Source: Basidiobolus meristosporus CBS 931.73 (lineage: Eukaryota > Fungi > Basidiobolomycota). Taken from it: a stretch of 64,000 nt of DNA. The notes under the pieces were generated by a model that saw only the letters and a list, made by a program, of their open reading frames with translations, made no database searches and was not told the DNA's origin. Positions 62,701-64,000 of this stretch are shown in pieces. The DNA lies in the NCBI GenBank assembly GCA_002104905.1, contig MCFE01000069.1, positions 1 through 64,000 on the forward strand, given 5' to 3'. Positions within the stretch are counted from its first letter, which is position 1; each line of letters starts with the position of its first letter. The translations under genes were made by a program, and so were the position numbers.

Positions 62701-64000
62701 GGTGTTTTGATGGCATCATTGACCATTTCCAATTGCATTTTCACAACTGTATTGCAGCCTACAGCCAGTTCTGTACAATGCTACTGTACCAATTTACCAA
62801 ATGTTGTTTCCTTTTTCTACCTCCCCTTGTGCAATTCATATAATCCACTACAGAGTCACTTCTCTTTATTTGCTCACCCACTACTACCTTGGGTATTCCA
62901 CATATAACTCAAATCAAAAACTACAACCTCCGGCTTACTAACCTCTACAATCACACACACCTGCTGCAAATGACATACCTCCATCAGCTCAACTTTATGG
63001 CTCTTTAGTGTGATACATGCAAAGCTGCCATATGCCTTGTACTGCTGGTAACATATACATCTTGCAAACCTATGCTTGGTTGCCACCACTTCTGCCATGA
63101 ATACCTCTTGAATATCAGCAATTAACTTTTTGGTATTTAGCCAATATGTTCCTTCTCCCTGCTGGATTCTAGTCCCCCATATAGATGTGCTCTGGCTCTT
63201 GTTTGTGTGAGCTCCATATTGAAAGGTGTAGAAGTGGGCTTGTGACCAAGAGAAACCCGGCATACTTTGGTAGAGCTTTCCTAATAAAAATTAGTTGCAT
63301 GCTGCTCCCAACCCAACTTTGCATTACTTGACTGATTACCCATGCAGTGAGGTTGCTTAGCTTCTTAATGCCATAGGCATAGGTGTCTCCATGTGCACAT
63401 CTGTCCTCAGTATTTTCAAACTCTTCCTGGTTGTCCTCCATGTACCAATTTATCACTTCCATCACAGACTTGAAGATAATACTTCTGATGAGATTGGGAT
63501 ATTGTAGTACCTGCAACTTGACTTGTCTTCCTATCTCCCCACACATCTGATCCATAGGAAGCTCCCAACAGGTGATGCAAGGCCCAATATCTTCCACACA
63601 CCAAGCAAGATGGAGTAGAGAATGGATAAAGTAGTGGCAGAGATCTACATGTTCAGCTTGATGTCTGTAGTATTGCCGCTCAAATCCCATTACAAGCTTC
63701 TTGCACAACAGCTGTAGATGTGTCAAGTTGGCATTGGTGATCCGCTCTGGGATAAATATAACTGCAATGTCCATATTTGACTCCCAATGCTTCCAATGTA
63801 CTCTTGGTAGGAATGGCTTCAAAATATTACTTGAATAAATACATATCCAGCTCATCTAGTTGTTGCATCTGCATTGTTGCATATGAGTATGAACATGGAT
63901 TGGATCCCATGAGAAGTACTTAGGGTAGCAAATACTCTGTAATATCTTGCCAATTCTTTCAAGTTTCTCCAGTATCTGAAAGGGCACATTGAGCTTGAAA
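59800..64000 (-). mobile_element. Degenerate CACTA/En-Spm-like DNA transposon, CpG-depleted, running off the window end; left boundary approximate
   Basis: Tnp2-type motif in ORF 63169..63855, stop-riddled downstream frames and near-total CpG loss. Confidence 0.72.
63169..63855 (-). pseudogene. CACTA-type (Tnp2/DUF4218-like) transposase fragment
   Basis: FERQYY..IHSLLHLAWCVEDIGPCITCWELPMDQMCGEIGRQVK versus the family pattern HxLxHL..GP..WxFPxERxCG; in-frame TAG immediately upstream and a frameshift downstream. Confidence 0.75.

Overview
Eukaryotic fungal DNA, about 42% GC by eye, with short 50-95 nt GT-AG introns and CTAAC-type branch sites. SNAPC3, a U12-type intron and several bacterial-like genes point to an early-diverging fungus; a Basidiobolus-like Zoopagomycota/Mucoromycota host is inference. 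About 25 genes are recognisable: trihelix/Myb-SANT TF, WRN/EXD2-type exonuclease, Rom2-like RhoGEF, a tandem birth-and-death array of small 4-TM genes (11.3-18.7 kb), DUF4203, DnaJ, Pho80-type cyclin, F-box/LRR, an uncharacterised Zn-ligand/ubiquitin-like protein, a TBL/SGNH acetyltransferase-like protein, two bacterial-type GSTs, SNAPC3, a methylesterase-like hydrolase, PP2C and a PDK-like pseudokinase. A cluster of three secreted-protein genes follows at 53.5-58.7 kb. The window ends in a Gypsy RT relic and an almost CpG-free CACTA-like transposon. Top leads are the intron-containing gene with a bacterial type-I dockerin (and its secreted neighbours), the minor-spliceosome intron in PP2C, and the 4-TM array with GYxxL tails. 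Exon structures were derived by hand; no database searches were run.
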